From positions 105,154,001 through 105,218,000 of the forward strand of contig NC_045697.1 in assembly GCF_009834535.1 (NCBI RefSeq): a DNA stretch of 64,000 bases. Reading direction: 5' to 3'. Under the pieces are notes generated by a model, which did not search any database, had not been told where the DNA came from, and saw only the letters and a list, made by a program, of their open reading frames with translations. The translations under genes and the position numbers were made by a program. This stretch comes from Camelus ferus. Its lineage: Eukaryota. Shown one piece after another: positions 1 through 14,095 of this stretch; within the stretch, counting starts at the first letter, position 1, and every line of letters starts with the position of its first letter.

Positions 1-241
1 TTAACCTTTCTGTCCATCAATTTCCTCTCGTCAAGTGGGAATTATCCAGGCGCCTATCTCATGAGTTCCCCCTGAAGATTAACACAGCGCACACAGCACC
101 CAGAACGGCTGCCGGCATCCAGTGAGGCTCCAATGAATGGGGGTGCTACTGCTGTAACACTGCTATTACCACTCACGATGGCTGTTAGCGTGATCACTGC
201 ATGTTTTCATTATTATTTCAATGGACTTGTAACTAGTTTAC

Positions 242-3003
242 CTGTCTCTGTTACTTCCCCATGTCTAAATCAAAGGCGTCTTAAACTTCAAAAGCTTTCT
301 AAAAATGTTAACTCTGACATAGACCTCAATCTGTTAAAAGAGGAAAAGAAGAGCTACCCTGGTTGAAATGAATGTAAGGGAACCCCCTGGTCCCTTTGAA
401 CCTGCCCCCACTTTGAACCTGTCAGTGGCCCAGGCAGCGTCCCACTGGACCACCAGGGCTCCTCTGAGCAGCCATCCCCAGCCCCGAGCCTCCCATCTTC
501 CGTACAGCCTGCACAGTGATGCTTCTGAATCACAAATCTGACTGTCTCATCTACCTGGTGAGAGGCCTCTGAGGGCCCTTCACTACCTAAACTCTCAAGT
601 CCAAATCCTTACACACCTTATTCAAAGTAACACGGAGCCACCAGAGCCCAAGGAGGGGAGGTGGGCAGGTGGGCAGAGCTCAGAGATGTGCTTAGTAAAA
701 CTTAACTGCCATTTCGGGAAAAGTAAGCAAAGCCTGGATCAGAGGCATTCGATACAGTAACACTGGATCGTTATTTTTACTGGTGTTCTTACTACTGGTG
801 TTACATATCACTGGGGTGAAAGACAATATATGTTGAGGCTTATTTTGACAAAGTGGAAAAACTCAGAAGATTGGTCACTGTGTGTATCTGTGTCTGTTCA
901 CACGTACAGACACGTAGGTCAGTCCTGACCCACAAACAGCGTCCTCAGAGACATCCTCAGGCTGCAGCCGGGGCGTGCAGCGTGCAGCCAGCAGGTCTCT
1001 GCCTGGCAGACCCTCTCTGGAGCTCAGCCCTAGGCTAGGGGAGCCCCTGACGCACACCTTCCCCATCAGCTCTTCTTCTGACCTCAGGAAGGAGTCCTAT
1101 TTCTGCTTTCCTCTGGCTCCACTGACTTCATATTCAGCGACATCTATGGAGGCACACACCTCTTTCAAGTCCCCAGCAATGTTCTGTGCCTCCAACGACA
1201 CCATCTGGAAAAAATTCTCTTCTTTTTCTCCCATGTGGGAGTTAAGACATAAGCATGGCCGATCATCAAGGTAGTTCCCTTTTATCAAGTAAAATAATAA
1301 ACTTCTCAGGTCAAATTAGATACGGAAAGAACCATGTTCTAGAAGCTCTAAAACCACGGTGAACACCTACAAACACCTTTTAGAATATTTAAAGAAAGAC
1401 GCAGGGAGAAGGAGGTGGTTGAACTTGATTTTATGAGCAGGCATTCATCCAGGCAGGGAAGTGAAGTGATTTTAGACTGAAGAGAATGCTCCAAATTCTA
1501 CACCTATATCTTGAAAAATGACTTCTTATCACACCGGTCATTGACATTTGGCCCCGCCCAGGACCCCAGATCCCTCTCCATCCCCACTGAGAAGTTGGGC
1601 CTGGGGCCTCAGACTGGGCAAACCAGAGGGGACCCTTCTGCCCCCACCCCCAGCCCCCGCTGGGGTGTTTCCCTCCAGGTGGAGACAGCTCCGTAATGCC
1701 ACACTTCACACCTCTCTCCAGCTCCTTTACTCACTCTGCCTCCACTAGTAAGTCTGAGAAGAATAAATCTGACTTGCTTGCCTCAGCACTACTCTCTTCC
1801 TCTTGGTGGGGGGGGGGCTCCCCCAGGGAGCAGGTGCTGGTTCCAGTTGTGGGGCGCTCGCCCTGATTCAGCACTGCCTGTCCCTGTATCTAATTTGGGG
1901 GGCTCAGGGAGCAGGGCCCTCCCCCACTTTTTGTTCTTACTACTAAGCAAGCCGTATCTTTCAACGTATTTACCCCCTCCAAAAAAAGTTGATATTTTAT
2001 CTTTCACCAGCCACTGCTTTGTTTTATTTCTTGGCTTGCCCAGAATCCAGGTGGGGAAATGCAGTGCTATTTCACAGGTCCCTGAGAGATGAGAACCCCA
2101 CACCAGAGTCCCTGAGACTCAGATCTCAGCAACAGGGACAGGTACCCGGGCAGTTGTCAAGCACAAATCTTGCAACAGGAATCCTATGGTCCCCTCTGCC
2201 CACCTCCCAGAATCTCACCTCAGGATTCCTGCCTCCCCAGATCTACAGCTTCTTAAAAGGCAGGGAACCCAGATGATGTGGTCGCTGTGGGAATCCAAAT
2301 CTTAGGGTGCAAACCTCTGGATGACAGTTAAGACAGATTTTAAACCCTTTTCTCTTGCTGTTTTGTTTCCCTTTCAAAAAACAATCTGTCAAAGACATTT
2401 CACCGCAGAATCCTGTTTTCCTTTAAAAGCCTTATTTTCATGCTTACCGTGTTACGTGAAATGTAATTTTCTTTTTCACACCTTGAAGCTACAAGAGAAT
2501 TCAACTAAAAGGGACAGTAACATAGAATAGCTTATTAGTTATCACTATCTGAATGATACATTGCTCAATAATTTCTTACATGCCCAAAGCCATTAGCCAA
2601 TCTGATGGTTTTGTTGTTGCTGTTCATTAAAACGTGGGAACCCAGCACTTGAGCAGCGAACCAAACTTTTTAAGAGCCTTTTTCACTGAACTACCCCAAT
2701 GGCTGCTTGAGAATAACCAGATCTTACGTAGAACATAAGTGTCCCCTTTTCGAAAATGTCATTCAATTTCAGCATCTGAAAGGCAATTTCAACAAATGCC
2801 TTTTAAAATAAACTTTTTGCTTAAATCTCTATTTCATTTTTAGACGTCCATTTGTTGTCCTGCTGGAGGATTTTTTTTTTTTTTTTTAAAGCAGTTGACA
2901 ACTGCCCAGCAACGGCAGCCTGTGTTTGCAGTCACTATTTTGGGCTACATCACATGGCACTTACATAACCTTGTTTAACTGCTCTTGAACTGGTTCGAAC
3001 AAC
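242..3003 (-). pseudogene. Fossil exons 3003-2965, about 2870-2728, 2504-2448, 1503-1377, 1278-1058 and 330-242, end of module 3
   Basis: Phase-compatible chain from 2728 onward: SKNEIEI*(vs recalled ASEIEIK)...FY|LNSLVASRCEKENYISRNT|V*NLEHS...LNILK|GNYLDDRPC...GKQK*DSFLRSEEELMGK|IEVYVRV. GT donors throughout. Confidence 0.6.
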
Positions 3004-4623
3004 CTGGGGAACAGATTAGGGCAGTCCCAGCAAATTCCCGCATTGCAGATTCTGATGGGCGATTTCCCATCCCCCCACTCCCCACATCTTACAATGTTGC
3101 CTGGTGAGTAAGACAGTGTCCACCGAGAACTGGTTATTCATTGCTAGAGCCAGCTAAAACATTTGATAATTAACTTCCTCTGCTCGGTTTAAACCAGTCC
3201 AGTCTGCCCATAATAAACCAATGAACAATGATCCCCCGCTGCTGAGGTTTATGACTGAGCCTGGATTAACAGGTTTTAAATGCCAGAAAGGGTGGGGTGG
3301 GGGGGTAGGAGGGTGGAACTCACTTGAGAAGTAAGTACAGGTTGCCTTTGCCACCTTTAAACACAGATCTTTTGAAGTTATGTTTTTAGGACTCTAAGAT
3401 TTTAATCTGGAAGTCAGATTGGACTTGTTTTTTCCCCTGTGGTGTTTCAAGAGTTCTTCCCATGTGGGTAAGCACCAAATTCCAGATAAACATTCTTCTC
3501 AGTGGGAAAGGTGTTAGCTTTTCATTTAAAAAAATACAAGTTCTAATTATCATGACTTAAATTTTAGGCAGGCTGCCTATTTTAGTGAAAGATAATCAAA
3601 GAAAACATTAAACGACAAAAGCCAAGTGCTGTAAGCTTTTTAACCTTGAGAAACATTTATTATGATGTGTAATAAGAAAAGACAAGCAAGTCAGAAAAGG
3701 AACAAGGAACATTTTTTTCAGGAGGAGTGACTTGCACCCCCCATGTGCGATAGCAAGCATTTAACATACTTGTACTTGACTATGCAAAACATCTGTTATC
3801 TAGAAAAACGAGTAGGTTATTCAGGGCAGTGGGCAGGGAACTAACATTGGTTGAATTCCTATTATGTGACAGGTGCTTTACCAATCATATAATTTAATCT
3901 TTAATTTAAAGAGCCTATAGAGGGAACTCCGTGAGATTGGTCGTATTATCCCCATTTTGTCAGTGAAGACAGAGGCTAAACCATGTGGCTAGCTTAGCTG
4001 GGATTCATCCTTGGAACTCTTCTGTTAGAGCACTTACGCTTTATACATATTAGAAGTATCCTTAAGATGTCTATACCTAGAGGGTGATATGGAACAGAAA
4101 CAACCTTTGCAGTGAAAAATATTTAGGCTGTAGTATAATGGATAACTCTTACACGAAAGTATCACTAACAACTCTGACACGTGACAAAGGAAACCGTGTG
4201 AATGTCGGCGTACCTACAAGTCCAAGCCTCAAATGAAACACACGTAGGATGGCAAACGTACATACTGCACAGTCTACCTCTCTTTGCCTGATCCAAATGC
4301 ACCTCTAAACCCCAGACCTCAAAGCAGACACGTGCACAGCCCTGCAGAATTGAAAAATCCTGTGTACTGGGTTCTTCTTCATTCATTTCTGCCCAACCAG
4401 CGAATCCCTCAAGATCTCAAAAGTAGAAACAAGACCTGGGCAAGACAGAGGGACTCTTGTTCAGCCACTGTTAAGATTTCAAGGTCTCCACACAGCTCAG
4501 TGGGTCATTATGTGTTATCTCAGGGATGGCCTGGTTTCTAAACAACCCTTGGAGATCTAAACCCCAATAAAGCCCAGATGAGCGCTATTTTGGTGATAAA
4601 GGACAACTTGTATCATAAACTTC

Positions 4624-5222
4624 TGAGACAGGAAGGAAGGGGGCAGGGAACAGCCATTCAAGAACTGACACAGCAATTAACACCAAGATGGCGGAAAATC
4701 CAACTCCCAACAGGCTTTGAGGTCCAAGACAGCGGAAGATTTGACTTCTAGTAGAACTTGAGGTTTATTATACACTCATTGTAATATATTAACATGGTAA
4801 ATGACACTCCCACAGGCGCCACCATGACAGTTCAGAGGCTGACCAGAAAAAGTAAAAATCCTGGGAATCCCAGCCCCTTCCCCAAAGTGGCTGGAATAAT
4901 AATGAAGTCACTGAGCTAAAACTAACAACCCCCACACCTCGTGGCTGTTCTCCCTCTTGAGTGAGATGGATCTCACTGTCTACGGAATCACTGTATCTAC
5001 TGAGTAACGAACCCCCACACCTCATGTCCTTTCTCTTTCCTTCTAAAACGGTCTGCACTCTGTCTATGGAGTATGTATCTCTCTGAATAAACCTACCCTG
5101 ACTCAACTGTGGCTCACTCTTGAATTCTTTCCTGCTCAAAGCCAAGGACCCACACTTGGTGAGGCATGTCGAGACCTGGGACACGACCATCCTTTTGCCC
5201 CGTGATTCTGTTTCCTGGATCA
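4624..5222 (+). mobile_element. ERV solo LTR (ERV1-class, MER41-like)
   Basis: TG...CA termini, 4-bp TSD cttc (4620-4623 and 5223-5226), AATAAA at 5086-5091. The family label is from recall. Confidence 0.8.
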
Positions 5223-6264
5223 CTTCTACCAACAATCTAAATTTTTGCAAGAAAAGAAAGTATGACACCACATGATATAAGGTTGCTCTACTCATACACA
5301 CCAACACACACACACACATTATATTAGACTAGTTTCAGGTATACAATGATACAATGCACTGCAGGTACATGATACGGAATTCAACAGGCACGTGGGAGCA
5401 TATGGTGAAAAGGTCCTCTGTCCCTCCCCATCCTCCAGCTGCCCAGTTCCTGTCCCTAGAAGCCACCACTGTTATCAATGTCTCTGAATCTTTCCAGAGG
5501 TTTTCTAGGACACATTTTTTTTTTTTAGCCACAGTAAATACATTCTGTTTATTAAGTTAGGCACTACTAATTCAAGGTCTGCTTGCTCTTTTATTTATTA
5601 ATTAATTCAACAAATAATTATTGAGTGACTATTACATGCTAGTGATTGTGTTCAGCACAGGGGAGGAGAGAGGAATAAGACGAGATCTCTGTCCATGGCG
5701 GATTCATACATAGTCCAATGCGGGACATGGGGTCCTAAAGCAAATCAAACCCTGGGGCCAGAACAGCACATCGACAGAGAGCTACAGGCCCATGGAAGAG
5801 AAAGTGATGATCCTGGCTGTGCCGTGCTACGTAGGCTGGACGTGAATCTTTAGGCAACTGGGAAGCCAGTCCAGGGCCAGTTTGTGTTTGAGAAAATTCA
5901 CTCTGGCAGCTCAGTGGAAGATATCCTGGAGAAGGGGCAAAGGGACTGCTTAAGCTCAGGATTCAGATGACTCTTAAAAGACAGCAATTAGGAGATACAA
6001 TTTCCAATTAATCAGTATCTCTGTTACTCGGTAGCCCCAAACGTCCTTTCTCAGTTGCTTCAACATCTACTCATTAGCCAAGCGAGAACATCTGAAGCCA
6101 TCTTAAATTATTTCTTTCTGGTCCTCCATGCAAATATTCCACACCTTTCCGACTCTGTAACTGAAAAGTTGTCGACTTCTGCCTCTAGGTTCCATCATTG
6201 TCCCAAAGAAACAGATAACGTGTATGCTTGAGATAAAAAGGGCAGCCTAGCAGTTACTTCTTAC

Positions 6265-8946
6265 CGTACCACAGCAGGGTATTTTCTTTTTAAACGTTCT
6301 AAACTGGCCCAGTCCCCCTTTATCCAATTATTTTCAATAGAAATGACTTACAATTTTAGTATGTTTGAACCAAAATTCTTGTGCTTACAAAGAAGAAGTG
6401 GTACAAGATACAAAGCTGCATATATACTAGAACTCGGTATAATGTTATTTTACCACTTGGAGTTGAAGATTAGCATCAGATGAGAGAGGGTGAAGGGGAG
6501 AGGAACTGTGGGAAATTGTTCTGTAAAATAAGACAAGCTGTTGGCTGGGAATGAGAAAGGCAGGGCTGCATGATATATTTAACTGTAAATATAGATTACA
6601 AGTTGACGGCCTAACTATCAATGCAGTCACTTGTCAATGAGAGAGATGTGTGCATTCCAGTGGCCCATGTAACTGGAAACCACTAGCTCAAGTAGGAGAA
6701 TCTAAATAGGCCTGGGATAGCTGTTCCAGCCCTCACCTGCCTGGCCAGGTCTCTGACCTGCAGGTCTTATCAAGGCTTAGGCCCTGGGTTGATCCTGTTT
6801 AAGGCTGGAAGTTCTAGAACATTCCAGCCCTTCCTTCCTCTTACTCCTCAATCTATGATGCTGGCCTGCTGAGTTTGCTCAGCACTGCACCTGATGCACA
6901 ATGTTCTCTCACTGGACAGGAGTTTCCCAGGCCTAACCTTCCCTACTGGGCCTCAAGTCCCAAGTCAGCAAGGCCTCTGTTCCACGTCCTCTTTTCCTTG
7001 GAGGAGGGTCCAGCGGGTCAGCTTCTAGAAGACGGTCCCTTTTTGCCGACAGAGAATGAAGGTGGGCACACAGAGGTCTGCTTTGGTGGGGACGACTGAC
7101 TAACTCTGGGTTTCTAATATCCTCTCCAGCAGGCTCTGGGCTCAAGTTCAGTGCATTATAACAAGGTGATTTGCTTCTGCATTTATCAGTGTTCATGTGC
7201 ATCCTCCTAATCGGAGAGAAAGGACTGGGGTCTAAGGCAGGGCTCGGCCTTGGTCTTGGTCCCCAACTCGAGTTGCTGTCATAGCCTCCAGTCTGATATA
7301 GCTGGGGTGCCCTTACTAGTCCTCCTCGATTATCCCTGCATTCTACAACATGGTTTCAGCTCCACAAACCATGGGTAAAACTCCAACATGTCCACTGTCT
7401 ACCTGGATTCTCATTTTACAGCCCTGCCCACTGAGACATGATCGCCGAGGCGTCACACCAGCCATCCGCCTGGACCACGGCTGGGGCCTGCTACACCCTC
7501 CCCCTCCGACTCTCCACCTCACTCCCAGCTGGCCTAAGATGTGTTTCAAGTACAGAGCCACGCGGTGAGAAGGAAGAAACCCTGAGAGAAAGCAAGTGCT
7601 AAGCAATCACAGCGATGTTTTTAAGCCTTTTCTATCCACAAGTAGCAAACTCATTACTACTTTAATATGTTAGACGTTTTCATATATAAGCTCCTCTGCA
7701 ATGTGTGTAAATCACTAACATCCTGCTCAAGTTACAGCCTTTCTAAATCCCTTCTCCTACCTGTAAAATGTAGAGATGGGGTTAGATGATCTCCACTGTC
7801 TCTGTCCTTCTCTCTCTCTTTGCTTCTTTGGTCCTGAAAAGGGGACCAAAGCAGAGGCAGAGCTACAAAGCCACCAGTAGGATGAACAGGCAGTAAATAG
7901 GGCAATGGAGCCTTCCCCTGTTGTCTGTGTAAATGCGCAGCGCAGCCAGAGAAGCCAGAGGAGGAATAAACTGCTGAAGACAGGAGAGGGAGCTGTAATC
8001 ACTGTCCTTAGCCCACACCCGAGTCTCAGAATTGCAAATTAGTTAAAAGAATTCAAGAGCAGTCACTAAGGCCTTTGATGAGAAAAGGCAGTCAAAGATA
8101 AGGGAAATTACTTTTTTGAAAATAACATTTAAGAAGGACTCCAGGAGATAAAAAAAAAAACAAAACCAAAAACACAGTAACAACAAAGAAATATAAGATT
8201 GCATATGTATGTGTACAGATATCTATTCATACATTTATTTTAAGTAACTGCAACAGTGTTGAAAGTTAAAAAGGGATCACACTGCAATCTTGAAGCTTGA
8301 AGCTATGTTCTAAAAAAAAAAAACTAAAATTTTTCATTAGATATTCCAAGATTGAAAAAACAAAATACAGAAACGGAAGGTTCACTCCCCCTCATTTTTT
8401 TCCCCCTGCTCACTGCAGTCTGAGAAGTTATGAGGAGGCTGTTTGCTTATGTATTTATATATACATAATATATTTTAGTGTATTTATCTTATGTTGCAAT
8501 TACAAAATTGCTTAAAAGTATTAGGGAAAAGTTCATTAACTTAAAGAAGTAATATTTTAAGTCAAAGAAAAATTGGAGATTATTATACTTGCTAAGCTGT
8601 GGCTTTGCCAGAATATTAAAGCAAGAGGGATTCCACGGTTAACACCTTAGATCAAATTACGTGAGATAATGTGCCTCAGTGAGGCAGGATGGTGATAAAC
8701 AAAATACAGCTCGTAGGCCAAAAATAGCCTCGTTTTTCCCAGCTCTGAATTCCATCTGTCAAAATAAGGTGGATGGCATTCACCAGATATCAGCCATGCA
8801 CATGTAGCTGGACTGGTCCAGTCTTCTGGGGGACTTAGTTTTATTATCCATAATACGAATCAACCATTATAAAACAATGGAATTTGTATCAGTATTTCTG
8901 TAGAGGAAGCTTCGGCCTTTATCATCAGTCAGTTCTTCCTCTTTTT
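6265..8946 (-). pseudogene. Fossil exons 8946-8784, 7833-7761 and 6415-6265, module 3
   Basis: Junction phases are compatible (1, then 2). NPISTFY|SFVSCTTSSL*AQEFW vs recalled DAIMSF...SFLVLWKQLEVLKEHW, with identical SF-to-ExW spacing. Internal frameshifts are present. Confidence 0.55.
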
Positions 8947-9619
8947 CTAGAGACTAGGTCAGAACACTTTCACATCCTCTCTATGTGTGTCTAAGGGCCC
9001 GACTAACCCTCCACTGTTCCTGAAACCTCCACTGATCTTGGATAGATATATCTCCTCTCTCTGACACACTCTTGCATTTTATTTGAACCTCGGGGATCCA
9101 GCTAACATCGGGTGAGTTGGGCCGCATAACACAGCATGATCTTAACTGAGATTTGCAAGAATACCATCCACTATTAGACGTACTCCCATTTCATGTTGTT
9201 CTTAGTGCTCTGGCAACTTCGCACTGGTAACTGTGGCTTCCTCTCCTACGTGAAGGTCTGGTTTTCGTACATCATTTCTTCATATGTAAATGTATGTAAC
9301 ATCTTCAAGGTAGGGGGCGTGTCTCATGTATCACTAGAGCCCCAGGGCGCCTAGAACATGGCTCCAGGCGGGGTTATACTCTTGCCCTCAGAAGCAGGGT
9401 GCGATCTTCTTGTTTACCTGGGGCAGGAACGCCTCATCTTGTCAGCTGATGCACCAATCCTGTGCTGGGAACTGCAGTTTCCTCCCAAACCTTGCAATGC
9501 CTGGGCGTCTGGCAGAGTAATAGTTCATGTTTAAAATCTTGCCCTAGAGGAGTTTTGAGTTATTGGGTCATCATATAATAAGGCAAATATACACTGGGGG
9601 CAAAGGAAATATCTGGAAG

Positions 9620-9794
9620 TGAGAAGAACCACCATATGACCCAGCAATTCCACTTCCCAGTATTTAACCAAAAGAAATGAGATCATTATCTTGAAGAATG
9701 ATCTGAACTCCTACGTTCACTGTAGGATTATTCAGCAGGCAAGGTACAGAAATATCCTAAGGTCTGACAGATGAATGGCTAAAGAAAACATGAG

Positions 9795-9850
<56 letters not shown>

Positions 9851-10432
9851 GAATATTATTCAGCCTTAAAAAAGAAGGAAACCTTGCCCTTTGAAACAAC
9901 ATGGATGAACCCAGAGGGCATTATGCTCAGTGAAATAAGTCAGAGAAAGACACATACTGCATGGTATCACTTACATGTGGAGTTAAAAAAAAAAGTCAAA
10001 CTCATAGAAACAGAGTAGAATGACAGTTTCCCAGGGCTGGGAGGTGGGAGGAATAGGAAGAAGCTGGTAAAAGAGTACACATTTTCAGTTATAGATGAAT
10101 AAGGTCCAAGGAGCTAATATATAACATGACAATTATAGGTGATAATGTTATACTATATCATACATATATACAGACACATGCATGTATTAAACATAGTATA
10201 CTATACATACCATATGTACTATATAAATGTAATTTGCTGAGTAGAACTTAAGTGTTCTCACTGTAAAGAAAAAAATACTTAAAAAGGTTAGGATGTGAGC
10301 TGATGTATGTGTTGGTTAACTCTGTGGTGGGAAATCTTTCACAGTGTACATGTGTATCAAATCATCCTGTTGTACACTTTAAATAGATTATAATTTCATT
10401 TGTCAACCATACCTCAATGAAGCTGAAAAAAA
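9620..10432 (+). mobile_element. Old L1M 3' end
   Basis: ccatatgacccagcaattccacttc...atggatgaacc...ctcatagaaacagagtagaatg, ending in an A-rich tail. Confidence 0.8.
9797..9847. repeat. (CA)n microsatellite
   Basis: About 25 CA units read directly. Confidence 0.95.
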
Positions 10433-10679
10433 AGTCTGATGAGATCACAGAGGGGAGGAAATGAATGAGAGAAGGAAGGGGGACAGCAAGTAGTCACAAG
10501 AGAGGCTTGATGAAGAGGCCATCTTTTGTCTGGACCTTAAAGGAGACATGCAGTTTCTGCAAACTGAGAAGGGAGAAGGAAGGACACTGATGCTTCTTTT
10601 CAGATGAGACCATACCTGCCTAGGTCGGGTCAAAGCTGCCGCAGCATGGTCCTTTAGTGCACACAGTGCTTTCTACATA

Positions 10680-11336
10680 GGATTTGGAACAGGTCAGTAA
10701 AAGAACTATATAGTGAAAGTCAATAAAGTCATGAGATTAATTTTAAAATCAGTATAATAAAGATACCAAAAAATATTACTATGTGAAGACAATCACATTG
10801 CCAAACCCAAGGGAAAACAGAAATCATCAGACATGATTCTAAAGTCCAAGGAATGTCAAACAAAAGGTGAGAAATGAATCTCCCCAAACGAATGGCATTC
10901 TTGTGCAGGTTTGAAGTTAACATGATAACTTACTAAAGAGTCAGTTTTCCACTTTAATATTTACAGTATTCTGAACTGAATACATTTATCTCATACGAAA
11001 TGGAAGCTGTGCATTATTATGCAGCAGTTTCAAAGGATACGGTCTTCCGCATGTATTCAACCTTTAAGTCAATACAATCTAATAGTTTAAGAAAAGAAGA
11101 CATTACATTTCACACAGCCATTCTGCCTAAAAACACTCTAAATTATTTAAATTGAATTCTGATTAAAGTTAAAATAAAATCTTCTTCAATAGGGCATGCA
11201 AGGTTCTTAGAACTTTTGCAAATGAGATCTTTGTAATCTGATTCTGTTTCACCCAGTAAAACCGTATAATGAATATGCCATGAAACTACAGTCACCGTGA
11301 CTGTTGGTGGAATACTTTCCAACTTGTTCATGAACT
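10680..11336 (-). pseudogene. Long fossil exon, module 3 (3' boundary approximate)
   Basis: Acceptor tttttag|AG TTC ATG. Track ORFs 11143..11331 and 10729..10923 share one frame. LFDIPWTLESCLMISVFPW vs recalled QLSLPQPLDPRSPQAFVLFPW. Confidence 0.55.
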
Positions 11337-13172
11337 CTAAAAAGGCAGGGGGAAATGGTACAAGTGGTTCTCCTTGATGTTTGAATACTAGGTACTACCT
11401 CCATTTGTTAAACTAAAACTTTTGCTTCTTATAGATAAAATAGTTTTTATTTATTTTAGAAAATTATCTCATTTTAGAGCTGGAGAGACACAGTTCACTC
11501 CAGCCTAGGGCGTACTCAAAGTCACAGAGGTAACAGAGAGATGCTAGAATTTAAATGAAGAGACCTAGGTTTGAAATCAAATTCATCTAGTCATTAGCTG
11601 TGTGACTTGGAGCAAGTTACTTTACTTCTTACAGGTCAGTTTCTTTAACTGTACAATTGTAAATACATGATCTATCTTGCTATTGTAAAGGACAGGAAAA
11701 AACACATATTTAAAGTGCCAAGTATAGTGCATAACAGAATAGGTCTGCAAATAGCTTAGCTATTAACACAGATTATAAAGTCAAGGCTTGAACCAACCAG
11801 GCTCTCCTGGCTTCAGTCTGCCATATTGTCTGGGCTCATTTGATCCTGCTCTCCTTTTGAGAAGTTAAAAACAAATACAGAAAGCTACAGAGTAATATAC
11901 TTATGTACTCACTGTCTACAATTTGTTTTTTCAACCTTAAAAATGGAGTAACACAAAAAGATTTCCCAAATGACAATCGAGATCAAAGTGAATGCATTTG
12001 GCTTTATGACTATTTTATTTAGCATGTCGGGTGACAAATGAAAACTAACTATAGCTAAGGAATCAGAGAAGACTCTACTGAAAAGCTACCTGAACCACAT
12101 CTGGGAAAGGCGCAGCTCAGTGAGCTGCGATGAGGCTTCGGCCACAAGAGGATGACTTGAGTGAGGCAGCAGGAGGCTGCGGGCCCCGGCCCAAGGACAG
12201 GGCAGCTGCTACAGCTGCTACTTAAGGCATGCCAACTGCTGGCACGCGGAATGCAGGGGCAGTGATGCCTGACTGTCCACTGTTTCAAGAGAGGCTGGCT
12301 GTCCACATTTTTAAAGGAAATCTCCTAATTCTGAAATGCTAGCAATGCATTAAAAAAATCCTCTCCCTCCCACCCCACCCCCCCAAAATTGTACAGGCCA
12401 AACAAAACACCTTGGCAGGCTCGATTTCAATCAGATTCAAAGAAACCCTTGGAAGGACAGGCACACCCACGTGTGGGGTGGGAGCCAGGGGTGAGGAGCG
12501 AGTTCTCCACTGAGGCACTGCTGGGCAGGAATCTGGCCTTCTGTATTTGGATTTTTATTTTTATGCCTCAGAATTCACAGTCAACCCTGGGAATTGGTGT
12601 TAGGATGGATAATATAAACCCTGCTGAGGGTATGAGGGGGGAAAAACAGGGCAGCCAGAACAGAGGCTTGTCCCTGAATTTCGTTCCCCTTATGTCCTTG
12701 GGATTCATTGCTACATGCCTCTGGTGTTTCACAGAGCATCGGGAAAAACATTCAAATCGACTCTCGGTTCTCTGGAAAACCATTCCAGCTCACTAAGCTG
12801 CAAATGTTATTAAAGGCCCTTGAGGCGTTTATCCCCGAAACTGCTGCGTGCGGGTGGTGGCTGTGCTTGGCAAGCTAACGGAAGCGGAGCTTGTGAGGTA
12901 GCAAATGCTGTGGATAAACAATACAGAGAAGGCGGCGGTGATTTATTAACTCGAATCACAGCAGTGCCACCCATGACCGAAGATGTGCCTTTGTAACCTC
13001 AGGACTGAAATAGCTGTTGAATTTGTGCTTCCTTCCACCCACCCTGGAAAGTAACCCAGGGCATCAAAAGCACAAGAACATCAAGGCAAATGAGCTTCCT
13101 CTTTCTCTGTCCTGTTCTCATGAGAGTGGGTGTGATTAACCCCCTCGCTCTGAGCACTGCAAAGGTCTAGAG

Positions 13173-13470
13173 CCAGGGTAGACAAATTTTTTTGTGAAGG
13201 GGCCAAACTATAGAATGTTGTAGGCTTTGTGGGACACACAGCTTCTGTTATAACTCTCACGACGCCACTAGAGTGTGAAAGCAACCAGAGAAGATATGTC
13301 AATGAATGAACATGACTGTGTTCAATAAAACTTTACTTATGGACACCAAGATGTGAATTTTATGTATTTTTTTATGTATCACAAAATACTATTTTTCTTT
13401 CGATTGTTCCCGTCATCCATTCTTAGCTCGGAAACCATACAAAACCCATCAGTCGGCCAGATCTGGCCCC
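13173..13470. mobile_element. MER58-like hAT MITE
   Basis: cagggtagacaaattttttt...taggctttgtggg...gttcaataaaactttacttat. Confidence 0.65.
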
Positions 13471-14095
13471 TGATATAGAGAAATAAACAAGAGGAAACAG
13501 CATTTCCTGGTCAATTATCATAAACCATTTAATTATGATGACAACTCTGTGAAATATTCTTATTATTTCCATTTTATATCTAAGAACACCAAGGCTTGGA
13601 GCAGTCAAGTAACTTACCTAAGTGTAGACGGACAGGATTTCAACCCAAACACACTGGTTGTGGGCTCCATGTGACATGCTGAGGGCTACACATACAAAAA
13701 GTGGTTCTCCACCCCGGCTGGGCAATCTTACCAAAGAGTTTTCAAAAATACAGATACCTGGATCCCCTCAATTTACTAACTCAGAATCATTGGACATGGG
13801 ACCCAGACATTTCAATGTTTAAAAAAAAAAGTTTCCCACTAGTGTTTCTGGAGTAAAATGAGGACTAGTATATGCCTAGACCTGTGCTTTGAGGGACCAA
13901 ATATTATCAGACACGGCCTTTCTGACAAAGAGCTTTATATCTTGAATGCAGATCACCCTGCTCTTTGGACCTGTTACTTAATTTGTGTTCACAATCACAG
14001 ACAAGTTCTTTAAAGGCATCAAATTATACAACAGGTCCTTAAGAAGCTAAGTCCCAGATGGTGGCCAGAGTCTGATTACCAAAGCTATATTTGCT

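Noticed and set aside
4789..5319. 176-aa minus-strand ORF
   Set aside because: It is an antisense read through a solo LTR, starts in a CA repeat and has no recognisable domain.
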